A DNA stretch of 64,000 nucleotides from Tubulanus polymorphus (taxonomy: Eukaryota; Animalia; Nemertea). The DNA is taken from NCBI RefSeq assembly GCF_964204645.1, contig NC_134027.1, positions 9,394,485 to 9,458,484 of the forward strand. Direction: 5' to 3'. Below the pieces are notes generated by a model, which worked only from the letters and a program-made list of their open reading frames with translations, had not been told where the DNA came from and made no database searches. The position numbers and the translations under genes were made by a program. The stretch's first letter is position 1. Each line of letters opens with the position of its first letter. Positions 1 to 13,232 of this stretch are shown one piece after another.

Positions 1-89
1 AAAACAAAGCTGACTTATGTTTCGGTTTGCTGTTTAGTTCAAACAACTTTTTGATGTTGTCTTGTAACAGTTGTTTTCCATATTTTCAG

Positions 90-128
90 GTCACTTGGAT
101 CATTCTTTATTCGGCGTTGCATGCGTAG
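90..128 (+). CDS. RAB5IF: Terminal coding exon of a RAB5IF/OPTI (C20orf24)-like small membrane protein; the rest of the gene lies left of the window
   Basis: Acceptor tattttcag|GTC at 89/90, then VTWIILYSALHA*. This resembles the RAB5IF/EMC6-family C-terminus (V-x-W-I-I-x-Y-T/S-A-x-H), recalled from memory. AATAAA signals follow near 726 and 1706. Confidence 0.6.
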   Translation, partial: VTWIILYSALHA

Positions 129-1887
129 CACGGCAGGTTCAATCTCGTATCTGATGCTAAAATATTACTGACTTTCCTGACTAGATACACTGATCAGTGA
201 ATAATTGTAATTTTGGAAGAAGAGCCTGTGAGAGGGGTTCCAGATGAAAGTGCAGTCGTTGCATGGTAAAACCCTGCGAGTATTAAGGACCCATAGCACG
301 TCAAGCGGATTTGTGTATTTGTTGCATACCCTGGACCTTCTTGTGTGTTTTATGGGAACTACTAAACAAGAGAAAAACCAATCAAATGATGGCCGACTCC
401 ATATTTTTGTGCAGTTACCGGTACCTTATCATTCGATTGTTGATTTGACTAATGTAAGAAATGAAATAGAAAATTATAGGATTTCAATTACTTAAGAAAT
501 CTTCTGGAATTGTAAATTTAAGTGCGACCATTTCTAAATCTTATGTTGATTATGCTTTCTTTGTGAATTTATGGATCTTTGTGAATTATTAATGAGCCAT
601 CTTCTACGATCATTACTCTTCATCTACAATGTGTATTTGCCAAATTGTAAATCAAAAAGCAAAAAATATTTTACCGAAGTTTGAGAATGTCTCCTTGATT
701 GTATTAAGCATTTAATGAAAAATGTAATAAAGGATCCAGCTGTGGGTTTATTCGGCGGGGTTCAGATTAAGTTTAGTTTTGAATATAAATTCATAATGCT
801 AGAAATTTGCTAAAAATTAACACATATTCTCATTCACACTACCTTTCTCGATATCATTCTGTACTTATTATGTATGAAATCACTTCTTGGCCTACTTAGC
901 ACTTTAGTCTGATCGGGATATTGCATTGCATTCACTTTCTTTCATTCATCATCCGCCCAAAAATCGAAAACAGTTATTGGACATTTTGAAGACAGTTAGA
1001 TGGATTTTCTACACTTTCTACTTTAAACGTGTATCTACCTTTGACACATCTGCATCCTTGAATCAATTCAAGATGGCTGATTGGCAGCCATTGCTCAATG
1101 AAATCTGTTATTGGTTTCTGTATATGTTGACCATTAGGTTTTGAATATTGGAATTATCAGATGGTCAAGCATTTCACCTAGTGGGAATTATGTCCTGGAC
1201 TCCTAGTTTAATCTACTACCTTGTATAAGCCCATCGTAAAATGTTGTCAATGACCATTCTTCCTAACCTACGCTATTTCATGAGCTAGTAGTCGGATAAC
1301 AACAATCAAAACTGAACACCAGTCAATTTTACTTTTTAGCATGTCTGGTCACATAAAGGCTGGTGTAATCAAAATCCACAGGGATTGAAGTGAACTAAGT
1401 CAAATAAGCAAAACCAAAAACTAAGACCTAAAAACCTAAGACTTGAGGAATTTTGATTCATTAAGAACGTAGGATTTTGACAGGAAGGTCCTACTTATTG
1501 CTTGCGTATGTACTTTATGAACAGTCCCTTACACTGGACATCAGTATCGTTTGAAGATCTAGCATAGGAACCAGTACAGGAATATTTACCTTTATGATAG
1601 GATCCGGTATACATGATTCTCGAAGACACTGTCAAGGGTATACTTAGTTGCCATATTAATTATTGTAATATTATAATATATATGTAAATGACGATGTTTG
1701 ATAAATAATAAATGGTTTCAATATATATTTTTTCACTTCAAATTCCTTTTTTGTCCGAAGCTTCAGTTGAACTTAGTATATGAGATGGTAAGCAGCAATC
1801 CTAAATCTCACTCACTTGTGTTATATACCTAGTACCATAGAACTCAAATCAATTTGATTTGAGTTCTATGCTAGTACCTAGCAGAAA

Positions 1888-2035
1888 GGGATCATTCATT
1901 TATTACGTATGCATAAAATTTGACATTTTCAACCTCTCTACGCAAAATCGGCCATTTTTTCATATACATAAAGCATTGCATTAAGCAATTGCACTGACCC
2001 CTCCCCTAATGCGTACGTAATAAATGAATGACCCC
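1888..2035. mobile_element. MITE family A (Tourist/Harbinger-like), copy 1
   Basis: TIR GGG(A/G)TCATTCATTTATTACGTA ... TACGTAATAAATGAATGACCCC; near-identical copies at 39499-39662 and 50357-50514. Confidence 0.8.
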
Positions 2036-3715
2036 CAAAGAATCCAGCTTTAAGCAAATTACAGTGTAAGGGTAGTTCATTTTCAATGATTTAATTCCCA
2101 GCTAAAATTGTAACAACTGCCAAACCCTGAAATTGTAGTTCAATGAAAATGAACTAGAATTCATTATGATTTTGATAATAATAATACTAATGTTTATTTG
2201 TCACGTGTATATATAAGTGTAATTACAAAATATGATATCTTGGTATGTCTTCATGAGTATATACATGACCGGATATACTGGAAGCCAAATGTGGCTGAAA
2301 CCCTAAAATAGGGCAGTGTACCCGTAAAAAAAATGGTGTGGATGATATAACGAATGAGGTGATAGATGATGAAATGAAGCTTACACTTATGCTGAATGAT
2401 AGCATGTCTGCGTACATGGCCAAAATGACAGAAATTAACATAAAATAATGTGCTATTAATAATCATAGAGATGTATTTGAGAGCTTTTTTGGTAATAATC
2501 GAGCTAGAATAGCAGTGGTAGTCGGGTCTGACTGTGGAACTGCGTCCTGGTAGCTATTTTTATATACATGTTTGTAATTCAAAATTAAACTTGACACCTA
2601 CTATTAAGGGTGTGGCCATCATGAAGCATGCGCCTGCAGTAACACAATACCAAAGTTTTCGAGCGAGCCCTCTTGCCTGTTATGTCATGTGTGAATCTTT
2701 CCGTAACTCAACTAAAAATCTTTAGTGTAATGATATTGCGATAATATTTCATTCTATTCTTGAAGCATTAAAAAGGTCCTTATCTTTGATAAGGCTTTCT
2801 GCTGTTGATGTTCAGTGCTTTCCATTAAACAGATTAAGTAAATAAAATTGAAATATTTGATTTCAGTAACTCATTTCCTTACCGATATTTCTACAGAAGC
2901 GATGCATGCTTCTGCGACAGACCATTTATGAAAGGGAACGAAGATTTGTGAATTTCATGTGAACAGTATTTGAATTTATTCATCTTCAAACATTGAGTAT
3001 TAAAAAATGCTTGACAATACAATATGTATATTCATATGGTATCTACATAATTATCATCAACTGAACTACTACCAGTAGTAGTGATCAAGTAAAGATGCTA
3101 AAAACCAGACTGAATTGAAAACTGGTAAATTCAACTGGATCGCCAAAAGTTGTTCATTCCGGATTACTCCTATAATTTTACCAGTAACTCAAACATTCAA
3201 TTTCCAACCCTGGAATTTAGGTAAAAATTTGACAATAGTATTTTTTAGAAACCCAAATTAATGTAGGGTCTTATACAGTACACAGTACAAAGGATTTCTG
3301 TATCAAGTCTTCTTCATAATGGACTGAATCGCCTTTAAGGGCTTTCTCACAGCTAGAATACTGAATTTGGAAATAAATGAATGTAGACTATGTCATTCAA
3401 ATATAAAACTGATTTTATGGTACAAACATTTGAATGCACTTAAAATGTATTAGGTCCATATTTGATTGATAATGGCGACTAACATAACTTCAGTTACAAC
3501 ATTATAAAATATACAGTACAAACAAATGCATGAATACTTTCTACGAACGTGTTCAAATAAAGGGCCCTGGAAACATTTTCACCCATCTTGGGAGGGAGCA
3601 CCAAGCTACAATAACTAAGCAAATGATTCCCTATCGTACATTAGCTTTTAACTAATTAAAACATAACACAAGAGAAGAGAAAAACTATGGTAATCAGCTT
3701 AACTACAGAATCCTT

Positions 3716-4903
3716 TTAAGTTTCAGATATCACAGGAACGTGTAATCCGTTTTGCCGGATTATGACGCTCCCAACAATCGGTGGTGCTCCCGTTGTGCTC
3801 AGTGTCAGGGTCACACTGGTGACAATATTGTTAACGCTATTGGATTTCGGCCTCTTGAATATCTGCCTCATGGAGTTGCGAAAATCGCGATTAATTATTA
3901 CAAATATAAGAGGATTTGCGATGCTGTTCGCGAACGCCAGGAATGTGATTGCAAAGTCTAATCCGTACGAAGGCCATGGACAACCGGCGACCGTGCAAAT
4001 CATCTGCACGATGAAAGGGGTCCAACAAAACAGGAAACAAATCATGATCGTAAATATCGTTCGCAGGCCCTTCGTATTTTGAAACGTACGCCGCACGCGA
4101 CATTTCATACGTTCGAGTATAGACGGCGCGGAGCTGCGATGCGGCACGCGCGTCGCGTCGGTGAATACACCGCTGTCCGGGCGACTGACGTTCGACGCTT
4201 GCGAAATCGCGTCCGGCTCGAGACACGTCGGGTGCAGGTTGTTGCGACACGTTTCAATGGCGGCGACACGCTTCGACTGTCGGCGAACGACGCGGAATAT
4301 CCGCATGTAACAGAACACGATCATCACGCACGACGGGATGATGATCACGGACAGCAGTATGATCGTGTAGATCGAATTCTGGACGAAATTCAACGTGCAA
4401 ATCGGCAAGTTGAACGGTCGGAAGCTGTACTCGCCGAAACCGCGCAGCGGTAAACACGAAAGCATAAGCGACTGCACCCACGTGTAGCACGTGACGGCAA
4501 TCACTTTGCCGCGGGTGACGAATTCCTGATACTTGAACGGATGGCAAATGCAAACGTAACGATCGACGGCTATAATGGCGAGCGTAGACATCGATTCTTG
4601 AAACAGCAAAAACGTCAGCAGTCCGGTCGCCGTGCACAGCGCTTCCTCGAACACTAACGTCTGATAGACGACACAAACCGCCCACGCCGGTAATACAACT
4701 AAAGCTACGCATAGATCGGTCGTGGCCAAATTGACGACCATCATATTACTGACGATTTGAAGGCTCTTCACACGCCCGATCGTCGACACGAGAACCAGAT
4801 TGCCGAAAACGGCGAACAAACCTAGCATCAAAATCGCTACCACCTGCACGGAGATCCAACCGTTCCAGTCACTGTTAGAACCGTCCGGAAGAGTTTCATT
4901 CAT
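3716..4903 (-). CDS. Orphan rhodopsin-like (class A) GPCR, 395 aa, intronless CDS
   Basis: Seven hydrophobic segments with TM1 GN, TM2 NLATTD, TM3 C...DRY, TM4 W, TM6 CWTP and TM7 NPLIF; N-glycosylation sequon NET at the N-terminus. No Asp3.32 (not a classical aminergic receptor) and no Lys7.43 (not an opsin). Strong acceptor (T)10CCTTTCAG at 5288 opens the exon. Confidence 0.93.
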   Translation of the reverse strand: MNETLPDGSNSDWNGWISVQVVAILMLGLFAVFGNLVLVSTIGRVKSLQIVSNMMVVNLATTDLCVALVVLPAWAVCVVYQTLVFEEALCTATGLLTFLLFQESMSTLAIIAVDRYVCICHPFKYQEFVTRGKVIAVTCYTWVQSLMLSCLPLRGFGEYSFRPFNLPICTLNFVQNSIYTIILLSVIIIPSCVMIVFCYMRIFRVVRRQSKRVAAIETCRNNLHPTCLEPDAISQASNVSRPDSGVFTDATRVPHRSSAPSILERMKCRVRRTFQNTKGLRTIFTIMICFLFCWTPFIVQMICTVAGCPWPSYGLDFAITFLAFANSIANPLIFVIINRDFRNSMRQIFKRPKSNSVNNIVTSVTLTLSTTGAPPIVGSVIIRQNGLHVPVISET

Positions 4904-6255
4904 GTTGATAAACTTTTATGTTTTCAGTCAATGAATTTTATCAATTCACTCAATTCTACCAGTCGATCGACACAAAAATTCGGAGCCAATAATAAGAGTT
5001 AAAATCGGTTATCGGTTGCTGATCATGAATAGGCTAAACGTGCAGGTTTTCTGCGACATCGTGATACGGAGTCTTTTGATTCAACGCTTATAGACTTCAT
5101 ACATCGCGACGGCATGCATACAATGTCAAGTTAATTAAAATATGACGCTGTGTATGTCGGCTAAGCAGATAAGCTGTATTCAGAGGAGACTTAAGTTATA
5201 GAAGGGCGGATGTCTTGTCGGTGATTTGCGTCATATCAGTATCTATTATACTATCACAATGTCCCATATATCTAATTCGGATTTAACCTGAAAGGAAAAA
5301 AAAAACACTTAATCAATAGTTGGACAAAATAGAAGGCATCTATGACTTCATATAAAGAAGAGAGAAAACATATCGTGTGATTAATTTTAAATGAAGAACC
5401 CTGAATCCGATTGAGGCGACTTTTGTTTCGCCAATGGGTTCAGAAAATATATCTAATATCTGAAGGGAGTGGTCCGGGCAGCCTATTGATACCAGCATAA
5501 ACAGTCATTCGTTTTGCTATTTTGCCTAATAAAACTAATAAATAAATCTAGCATATTCTTCCTGCTAATCAATTATCCATTTATCTACCTGCTCATGTGG
5601 CTTACAATGCAACTGACTAAGTTTTTTTTCTAAGAAAAGCATCATCTGCTTGCTATTCCTTGGGCCTTCTTACGGCGGTAAGAATATTGTGGCTTATCGC
5701 GCAGCTGACAAAGTTTCTTTTTAAACAAAAAGCATCATTATCGTTGCCAGGTAACCGAATGCAAAGCCGCCGGAGAGTTGTTAGAGCATCAAAATCATCA
5801 AACATCAGCGAGTCAGGAGTGTCATGCTTATCCTCAAGATGACCTAGGGGCAGTGTGCTAGCATCATTATTATCCTAAAGTAACAAGGCAACGAAGGTCG
5901 ACTACCCACTTAGGATTGATACATTTTATGCGCTGTCGAGACTTGTGATAATTTGAATACATGGCGTTGAAATTTGCGGGCTACAACATCCAGGCGTTAT
6001 ATTGAATAACTCCTCAATTTAAAGACCAAAAGAACATTTCCCTTAAGAAGTCAATTAGAAAAGTTACATCAACATGGACAGTCAAAGCATGCTCTCAAAA
6101 ACAACAAGAACAAAAATCAAAATAATCCTTAGAATTATTTACCATGGCTTATAAATCATACAAAATCTTTTGTTAAATACATATGTATGCAGCTGCAAAA
6201 GCTGATTATTGCAAAAAAAGAAAGCTTACCATTCATTATAAAATATTCATCACCC

Positions 6256-9200
6256 TCACAATGAAACCAATCTTTCACGGTGCAGCGTGTCTTCCAGTGT
6301 TGTAATTACTTCGTTATATGACAGTGTAATCTCATCAATCGCTGAAGCTGAGATAATGAGAAAAAACAGACAAATATAGCTGCAAAGCAAATATGGCACA
6401 AAATATCTCTACTTTTTCTTCCAAAAAATGAAAAATTGTATGTAATTTGCCTGAAGTATTACATTTTCACCACTAAATATCTGTTCTAAGACAAAATACC
6501 TGTCCCTTCTTTTTAAGTATATTACTTCATGCTTTACTAACTTACTCAGAAATTTACCCAATGAACTTATTCTTCCCTGGCAGTGGAACCTCGTTAGAAC
6601 GAACTCGGATATAACGATTCATCGGATATAACAAATATAGAATTTCGTCGCAAGTAAGAAAATTCAATTAATTTCATACTGGATATAACGAACTATCGGT
6701 TATAACGAACATATTTTCTGGTCCCGTGAAGTTCGTTGTAACGAGGTTCCACTGTATGCCTCTTGTTTCTAGTAATTCCCTCAAACCTGACGATGATCTC
6801 TAGTGAGTGTCCGAAACGTTGTTCATTTTGATTGCAATTCTTGATGCCGGCAAATAAAATTCGTTTCTAATCTTTTAAATTCTGTATATAGTGGGTTTTG
6901 AACTTATTATCTGTTCAGTGAATTAACGAATGTGTACAATTTTCCGGTATAAGCGATTAGTCATAAAATCAGTCCTATCCCAAAACTGTTGATGGTTCCT
7001 TGAACAGGGTGGCCACCTTCCGCCAATTCACAAATTCCCTGAGCTTCCCTGATTTTTCCATGTTAAAAAAAAAACAAAATTCCCTGAATAAATCCAAGGA
7101 ATTTCTTGGTTTAAATTGTTACAATCTAAACATTTCTTTATGATCACGTAGTGATAAAGAAACGTGTGATCAATAACACACCCATATTCCCCAGTTTTCC
7201 AGGTTTTTTTAAACAAAATTCCCTGAGTTTTTCGCTGATCAACCCGTTTGATGACCACACAATAGTAAAATGTTTAAGTTGTAGCTGGACCCTTTATCTA
7301 TATCTAAGATGGTTACCAACGCGCACGTATTTCAAGTTACCATGAACTCATGAATTCATAGGCTAATTAACTATATCACTGTGACTAAGCAATTAATATC
7401 TTAATATCACTTAAGTGTTATCACAACGAATTATGACTTACATAATTTTTGAAATTGGACTCAAAGACTGCCTTCCTTATTTTGTCATCAGCATCATCGC
7501 ATCATCATCATCACATCATCATCAGCATCATCGCATCGCGTTTCATGGTAGACGCACGCAGCAATAAACCGATGATGATAACAACGGCAGTTTTGATTAA
7601 ATATCGCAGCCGAAAATGACGCGCGCAACATAAGCTCTAAGTCTACATGCTGTTAACATATACACGACAACTTGTTGTAACTAAGGTTTAGGCTGATCGT
7701 ACGTATAATGAAACATGGAATCATCTATATTCAGGGCTGCCAAACACTGAAAAGTGCTATCGGTAGCAAATTGATTTTTGTTCAGTAACATTTTATTGAA
7801 ATGTGAAAGAAAATGTTCAAATTAATCAGTAATCGACAGTAAGACCCTCAGTAACATCTTTTATATTTCTGTATGCATCAAACAAATCAAATCCCTATTT
7901 CTTGTTATAAAATAGTAACAAATACAGGAACAGTTGGCAGCTCTGCACATTGGAAAACCAATAAAAAATCAAGCCAACTTATAACTATCAAACTTGATGT
8001 TGGTTCAATCTTACTAAATGCATTCAATGGTAGATAGACAAATGATTAAGTCTTACAATAGATTAAGAAGGACAGACTGTCAAAATAATAACAAAGAAAT
8101 TTTCTGGTGATTTTGAAAGAAATATTTGCTTTCTTAAATGAAAATGTTTTTTCAATATGAACCTCGTTAATACACACGTATATCATATCATAATACATCA
8201 GGCACGATTTGCTAAAATGTGAAAACAGAATTTAACTTGAATACGAAGAACTTGGAGATCACTCAGAAGATACCATAATGAAAACTGACAGATTTTTACT
8301 AACAAAATTGCTTCTCTACAACAGCACAGGCCATACAAAAAATAAGTTGAAGTTAGTCTGAAATAATTATTCTGTTTTTTCGTTCTAAAAAAGTCTATTC
8401 ATAATAATTATGATTAATTCAATTTCAATTTGAATAAACCAGTAAATAAAACATATTATCCATGGTGATTGAGAAAATAGATAAGGAAGAGATTATCAAT
8501 TTGTAAAGAAGATCAATCAGCGTAATAATAGGAGTTTCAGTAATTACGCCACCAGTATCATCATATCTCAAGATCTCGAACGAGAAGAGTCTTCTGGTTC
8601 ATCTTTCCGTAAGTAGGTCTCCGAACAAAATCTGTCAACAGGTTTGTCGATTCACGCAACGTAACCATGGTAATGTAATCAAAGCGACGAGAATAAAAAC
8701 GGCTTATTTTCTCGTCGTGATTTAATGATCAACAAGCTTAGAAAACCTACAGTCATCTCAGATTAAAAGGTCAGAATAAAATATAGATTTCTATCATAGA
8801 GTAGACTCCAATTGAGTCGGATAGCCGTTCAACTCAGAAGATGTTTGTTGAAGTATTTTTATCACAAGAACATAATATCCAACTCTGATATCGCTCATCA
8901 AGTTGGACACATGTTTTATAACCATCATCCTTTTTTGAGGTGGTTGACGGACAATTAAGAACGTAGAAATCTTAACATGCCATGCGTGTATAGAAGAGAG
9001 CACAATAATGGCAATTTTGAGAAATTAATATGACATTTTGTTGCCGTCAGTATAAAAATATATCAAAGCCTACTGGTATTTACGATACAGCATCGGAAAA
9101 AGCTGTCGCTTGCCGTTGTAAAATTGGAACCCTGACTTTATAGGTTTTCGGTGTGCTCTTTGACAACCGACCATCTGGGAAAGGTCTTTGTGCGTTTAAC

Positions 9201-12200
9201 ATTCAATTAAATGTTTAATTAATAGTTACTCCACTGTAACAAGAGATGCTAGTTAAGGCAGCAACACTCAAGCAATGAAAAGTATGCACGATCGATAGTT
9301 GCACTCATGTTTTTCAATCAAATCATCACACAATCAAACCAGAACACAAATATTAGAACTATCGCAATAGAGTTTCTAATTTATTAGTCACGTAGGAGTC
9401 CGCCGTATATTTTGTTTGTTATTATACAATGACATACAGAGCACTCATCATTAAAATTCACGTAGTAGCCAATAGGGGCAACATACTATGATTTTTCATA
9501 CTCGTTCATATAGAATATACCTAACTTAGGTTGATAATTAAAACAAACAGACCTCGATGCAATATTCTAAATTTGAAGATTTAAGATTTAAAACAATCAC
9601 AAAGCGCCATCTTTTTGATTGATCAAAATGACATTGTAATCGTCAGGAAAAAGAAAAGATTTGGAATGTCAGGTACTTACCCAAAATATCCCCTTCTGGA
9701 TCGCAGAAATCTTTCGCCTGACTAATTCTTTGATTTATTTGGTCGTATTTGGTGCGGATGGTGGCAACATTGTTATGTACCTGAATCAACGAATAAGTGT
9801 TATATTTTCATACTCTACATTAAACTGTGCTTTTTTTCCCATGAAAATAATCTCGAAAATACCTGTTTGAAATCGGACAATTTTCCGTGGACTCGTTTCA
9901 ACGACGGGCCGAGTTGCCCGAACTCCGGACGAACGTGAGTGCACCATTGGCGAACGTCTGCCTCGAAACGGTATGAAAAAGCAGCCATCACTTGTTCCAA
10001 TTCGGACGACACGACTTTCAACTGCTTGATAACCTTTTCTTTCGCTTGATCGTCGCGTTTCGGGTAGAAAAACTTCCAACGATAGAAGGGAAAAAAATCA
10101 ACCATCAAAAAGTAAAAAATCCACCGAAATATTCTAGGATTTGATGGTGGAGCCAACGGAGAATTGAAATTTTGATATCCGGGTAAAATTTCTTTAAAGC
10201 TATATTTCAAATACAGTAGACTTTGCCCAAGTCGGATTCAATAATTTTTATACCTGTTCAACTCACATGTTTTTAAATATTTTGTTGTAACACTGATATG
10301 GTATCAGGACAATTGCCCCCCCAAATCAAATCTTTTTCATTTTTTTTTTTCTAACGCCTCAACCTGCTAAGCGCCACACAGGGCATTATAAGCAGGTTCG
10401 ATGTTTCTTTTTCCCAATCGGGGAGAGACCAGAGAAGAACCTTCGACCAAGAAACTCTGTCGCCACCAGGGTTTGAACCCATTAACCCTTGATTGACGAG
10501 ACCAGTCTCAGAAATCTTTTTAATCTTAAAGTAACACAGATATTTACTTCAAATCAATTAGACAAAGTGAACTAATTCTAGCTAATTACTCTAGGACTGC
10601 TTTAAAGTTTTTGATTGGCTGAAGTAACACTAAAACTAATTCCAATAAATTAGCCAACGTGAAATAATGGACTAATAAGTGGACTTATTAAGTTTTCTTT
10701 AATTTGGTAAGTGAATTATAATTACACAAGGACTGATTTTAAGTTTTTGATCTGCACACAACATCAGTAATTCTATATCTTATAAATCTATATTCAATAA
10801 TATACAAATGAATTTCTAAGTAAAGTATATAGGTGGTGTTAATCCAAATCAAAAAGTATTTTATTCGGGGGGGGGGGGGAATTGTCCTAGAATCCACTGA
10901 TATACATAGTATCCAAATTTGATATCACTTGAGCAAAGTCTTCTGTAGTTAAATGTAATCTTGACTACTGTAGTTAAATGTAATCTTATACCTGTTTTCT
11001 AATTTCTTCTAATACTTCCCGCTGTTTTTCATAATTTTCTTGCAGCTGTTTCGCTTCTTTGATGAGCTCTTCGAATTTCGGCACAGCGGGTATTTCCTTC
11101 TTACTATAGCCCTGCTCTTTCCACGCTTTTTCAACCTTCAGCTGGCGATTCTTCGGCAAAACATCGCTAGTTCGCGGAAATAAATCTTGAGAAGGCACCA
11201 TCGGAGCGACCAGGTCCATATAGTAACAATCGCGGTGATATTGCTCTTCAAGAGACATCCCCGAACTAAAGAACAGTAGGTCATTCAACATATCAATATG
11301 TAACTAATTTCTTGGTGAAATAAATATTATTATCATTATCATTATTACTATAATCATCACTATTATATGCTGAATAATTCTTGAATTAGATTACTTTTTA
11401 AGAAATCTAATCTTAAAGAGTATTTATTTATCAAAATCAATAAATACACCTGAATGATTAAACATGCAAATGAAAGTTTGCATTTTGGCAGGTTTGTAAT
11501 AAAGAAATGTGTGATCTTTTTAATACATCAATTACCTGACAATTCCAGGTTCTTGGTTCAATCCTTCGGCTGCATTTTGAGAAGTTACAATGATATTCAA
11601 CAGGCTGTCCCAGTAATTGGCCTGTTTCGATGGAACAGCAGCCCCCTAAAACCGCAGAAAATAAGTGATCATCCTCTATAGACAAACTTACGATCCAGGC
11701 CCCTTCATCTTTTTTACTTTTGTAATTAATTTGAAAACTCACCCTCACAAGTTCTATATCATTCGAATGGCAAAAACCTAATGTTGATGAAATGGCAAGA
11801 ATACCTAAATAGAAAATTCAACAGTTAAATCAACAACGATTAAAGTTGAACCATGTACCAAACTTATAGTTGGATAGATGAAAATCTATTTCTAAATAAC
11901 AATTGATTTGTTTCATAGAAAAACAGAAAAAAAGTCAGAAGCTAACGCTAGTAGAAGACTACTGGATGGATACTTACGTTTAACAATTGTCTCATTATCT
12001 AAATGTCTTGTATGTACAGGATCAATGAGACGACCGATTTCAGAACTGTACCTATAAAGCAGAGTATAAGCTTATAAGAGAAATTGTTCAATGGTTTTTG
12101 CTACATAAAATCGAAATTAGTAGTACTGAATTTTTGGAATGAAAGTTCTGAATAAGACACAGGTGCGTGGGAAGCAATTTTCTATTGCTGCGGCAAAATG

Positions 12201-12731
12201 CTGATTTTTGACAGGTCCTCATTTGTTGCCGCGGCGAATTTACATAAATTTCGTCAAAAAAATGGTATACAAACACAAAAATGTCATTCATTAAATAATT
12301 GCCATTCGGCCGCTGAACTTCCAATCCATCCAAACGCCACTGTTGAGAAATAGTCAACACATACTTTCCTAGAAGCCACTGTAGAATTCTTAAACGTGCT
12401 TGCCCGGGCTGATAGAGTATCTCTGCAACGCACATTTCATCGAGATCATCGGTATACGGACATCCGAGCACCTTTAAAGAAATTGATTGTAGTATAAATA
12501 AAAATGGATTGGATTGAATTTGATTTTTTTATTTGAAGATGAAACCTCCGCGAATTTCGTTTCACGAACATTTAAATTTGGGAATGGAACTGTCACACTA
12601 GCTTATATCATCGTTTTACTTATATCATGGGTGAGCATCAATAAACTAACCCCGAGTCGGTGTTTAAATGAGTTTGAAAGGTGTTCAAACGCTGTGGAAG
12701 TGCTCTTATCCATTTTTGAATCGGACGCCAT
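6256..12731 (-). CDS. HAUS7: HAUS augmin-like complex subunit 7, about 369 aa, 9 coding exons
   Basis: Exons 12651-12731, 12365-12471, 11978-12051, 11743-11804, 11536-11645, 10992-11265, 9863-10072, 9681-9780 and probably 6256-6347. All GT-AG and phase-consistent (1110 nt). Motifs LGCPY..EILYQPGQARLRILQWL and LKVVSSELEQVMAAFSYRFEADVRQWC..LGPSLKRVHGKLSDFKQ match HAUS7 as I recall it. The last exon is less certain (alternative 9080-9174). Confidence 0.8.
6581..6754. mobile_element. Tc1/mariner-pogo-like MITE
   Basis: TIR CAGTGGAACCTCGTTAGAACGAAC ... GTTCGTTGTAACGAGGTTCCACTG, TA on the right flank, internal GGATATAACG repeats. Confidence 0.75.
6784..6823 (+). ncRNA. Hammerhead ribozyme-like motif with intact core and imperfect stem II
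   Basis: AAC-CUGACGA(6787-93)-U-GAUCUC-UAGU-GAGUGUCC-GAAA(6813-16)-CG-UU-GUU; AATAAA about 30 nt downstream. A degraded relative lies near 60227. Confidence 0.5.
7732..7945. mobile_element. Non-autonomous DNA transposon with CAGGG-type termini
   Basis: CAGGGCTGCCAA ... TTGGCAGCTCTG. Related CAGG..CCTG elements near 7006-7256 and 44506-44916. Confidence 0.5.
10340..10512 (-). mobile_element. tRNA-derived SINE in HAUS7 intron
   Basis: B-box GGTTCAAACC (minus, 10470-10479), GC-rich body, A-rich tail at about 10340-10350. Confidence 0.5.
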
Positions 12732-13198
12732 GTTGTTAGGCACTAAATGCAATGTAGCAGAAGAAGCTGAGCAAAGTGGCTCGAATACCCAATATTGGGT
12801 AGAAGTGGGTGCAAGCGATTGGATTTCGATAATATTCGAAATTGTGAAACGAATCAATATTGCTTTTGCAGCATCTTTAAGTTGGGTTTCAGGTTGCGGA
12901 ATTTACCGGAAAATAATGCGGAAAAAAATTTGAACTGTCAGATTTTTTCCAATTTAGTAAAATCTGAATATGAATAATAATAAATAATTCTCAGTGCAAG
13001 ATTCCAGGTTAAAATGGACCAATATTTTATCCGAATCAAGTGAAGATCCAGATAAAAAAATCCGAATTCAGCGAATTCTACTGAATGTAAGAAATAAACT
13101 CCTGAACTATCTATGGAGGATAGATAAAAGACAACAATTCTTTTTTCTGATGAAATTCCATTTGATTTAATATTCAATGAAATTCTGAACTATCATCT

Positions 13199-13199
13199 G

Positions 13200-13232
<33 letters not shown>
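13199..13232. repeat. (TAA)n microsatellite; others are (CAT)n at about 7485-7535, (ATT)n at about 40097-40145 and (ATCA)n at about 59393-59424
   Basis: Directly visible tandem repeats. Confidence 0.85.

Noticed and set aside
3752-4712. Overlapping ORFs in other frames of the GPCR, and similar ones over syntrophin, COPG and the ACP7-like gene
   Set aside because: Expected by-products of GC-rich coding sequence; no recognisable motifs.
9080-9174. Alternative phase-1 terminal exon for HAUS7 (DGRLSKSTPK...AVS*)
   Set aside because: Weaker acceptor and a less helical-looking peptide than 6256-6347; ranked second but not excluded.
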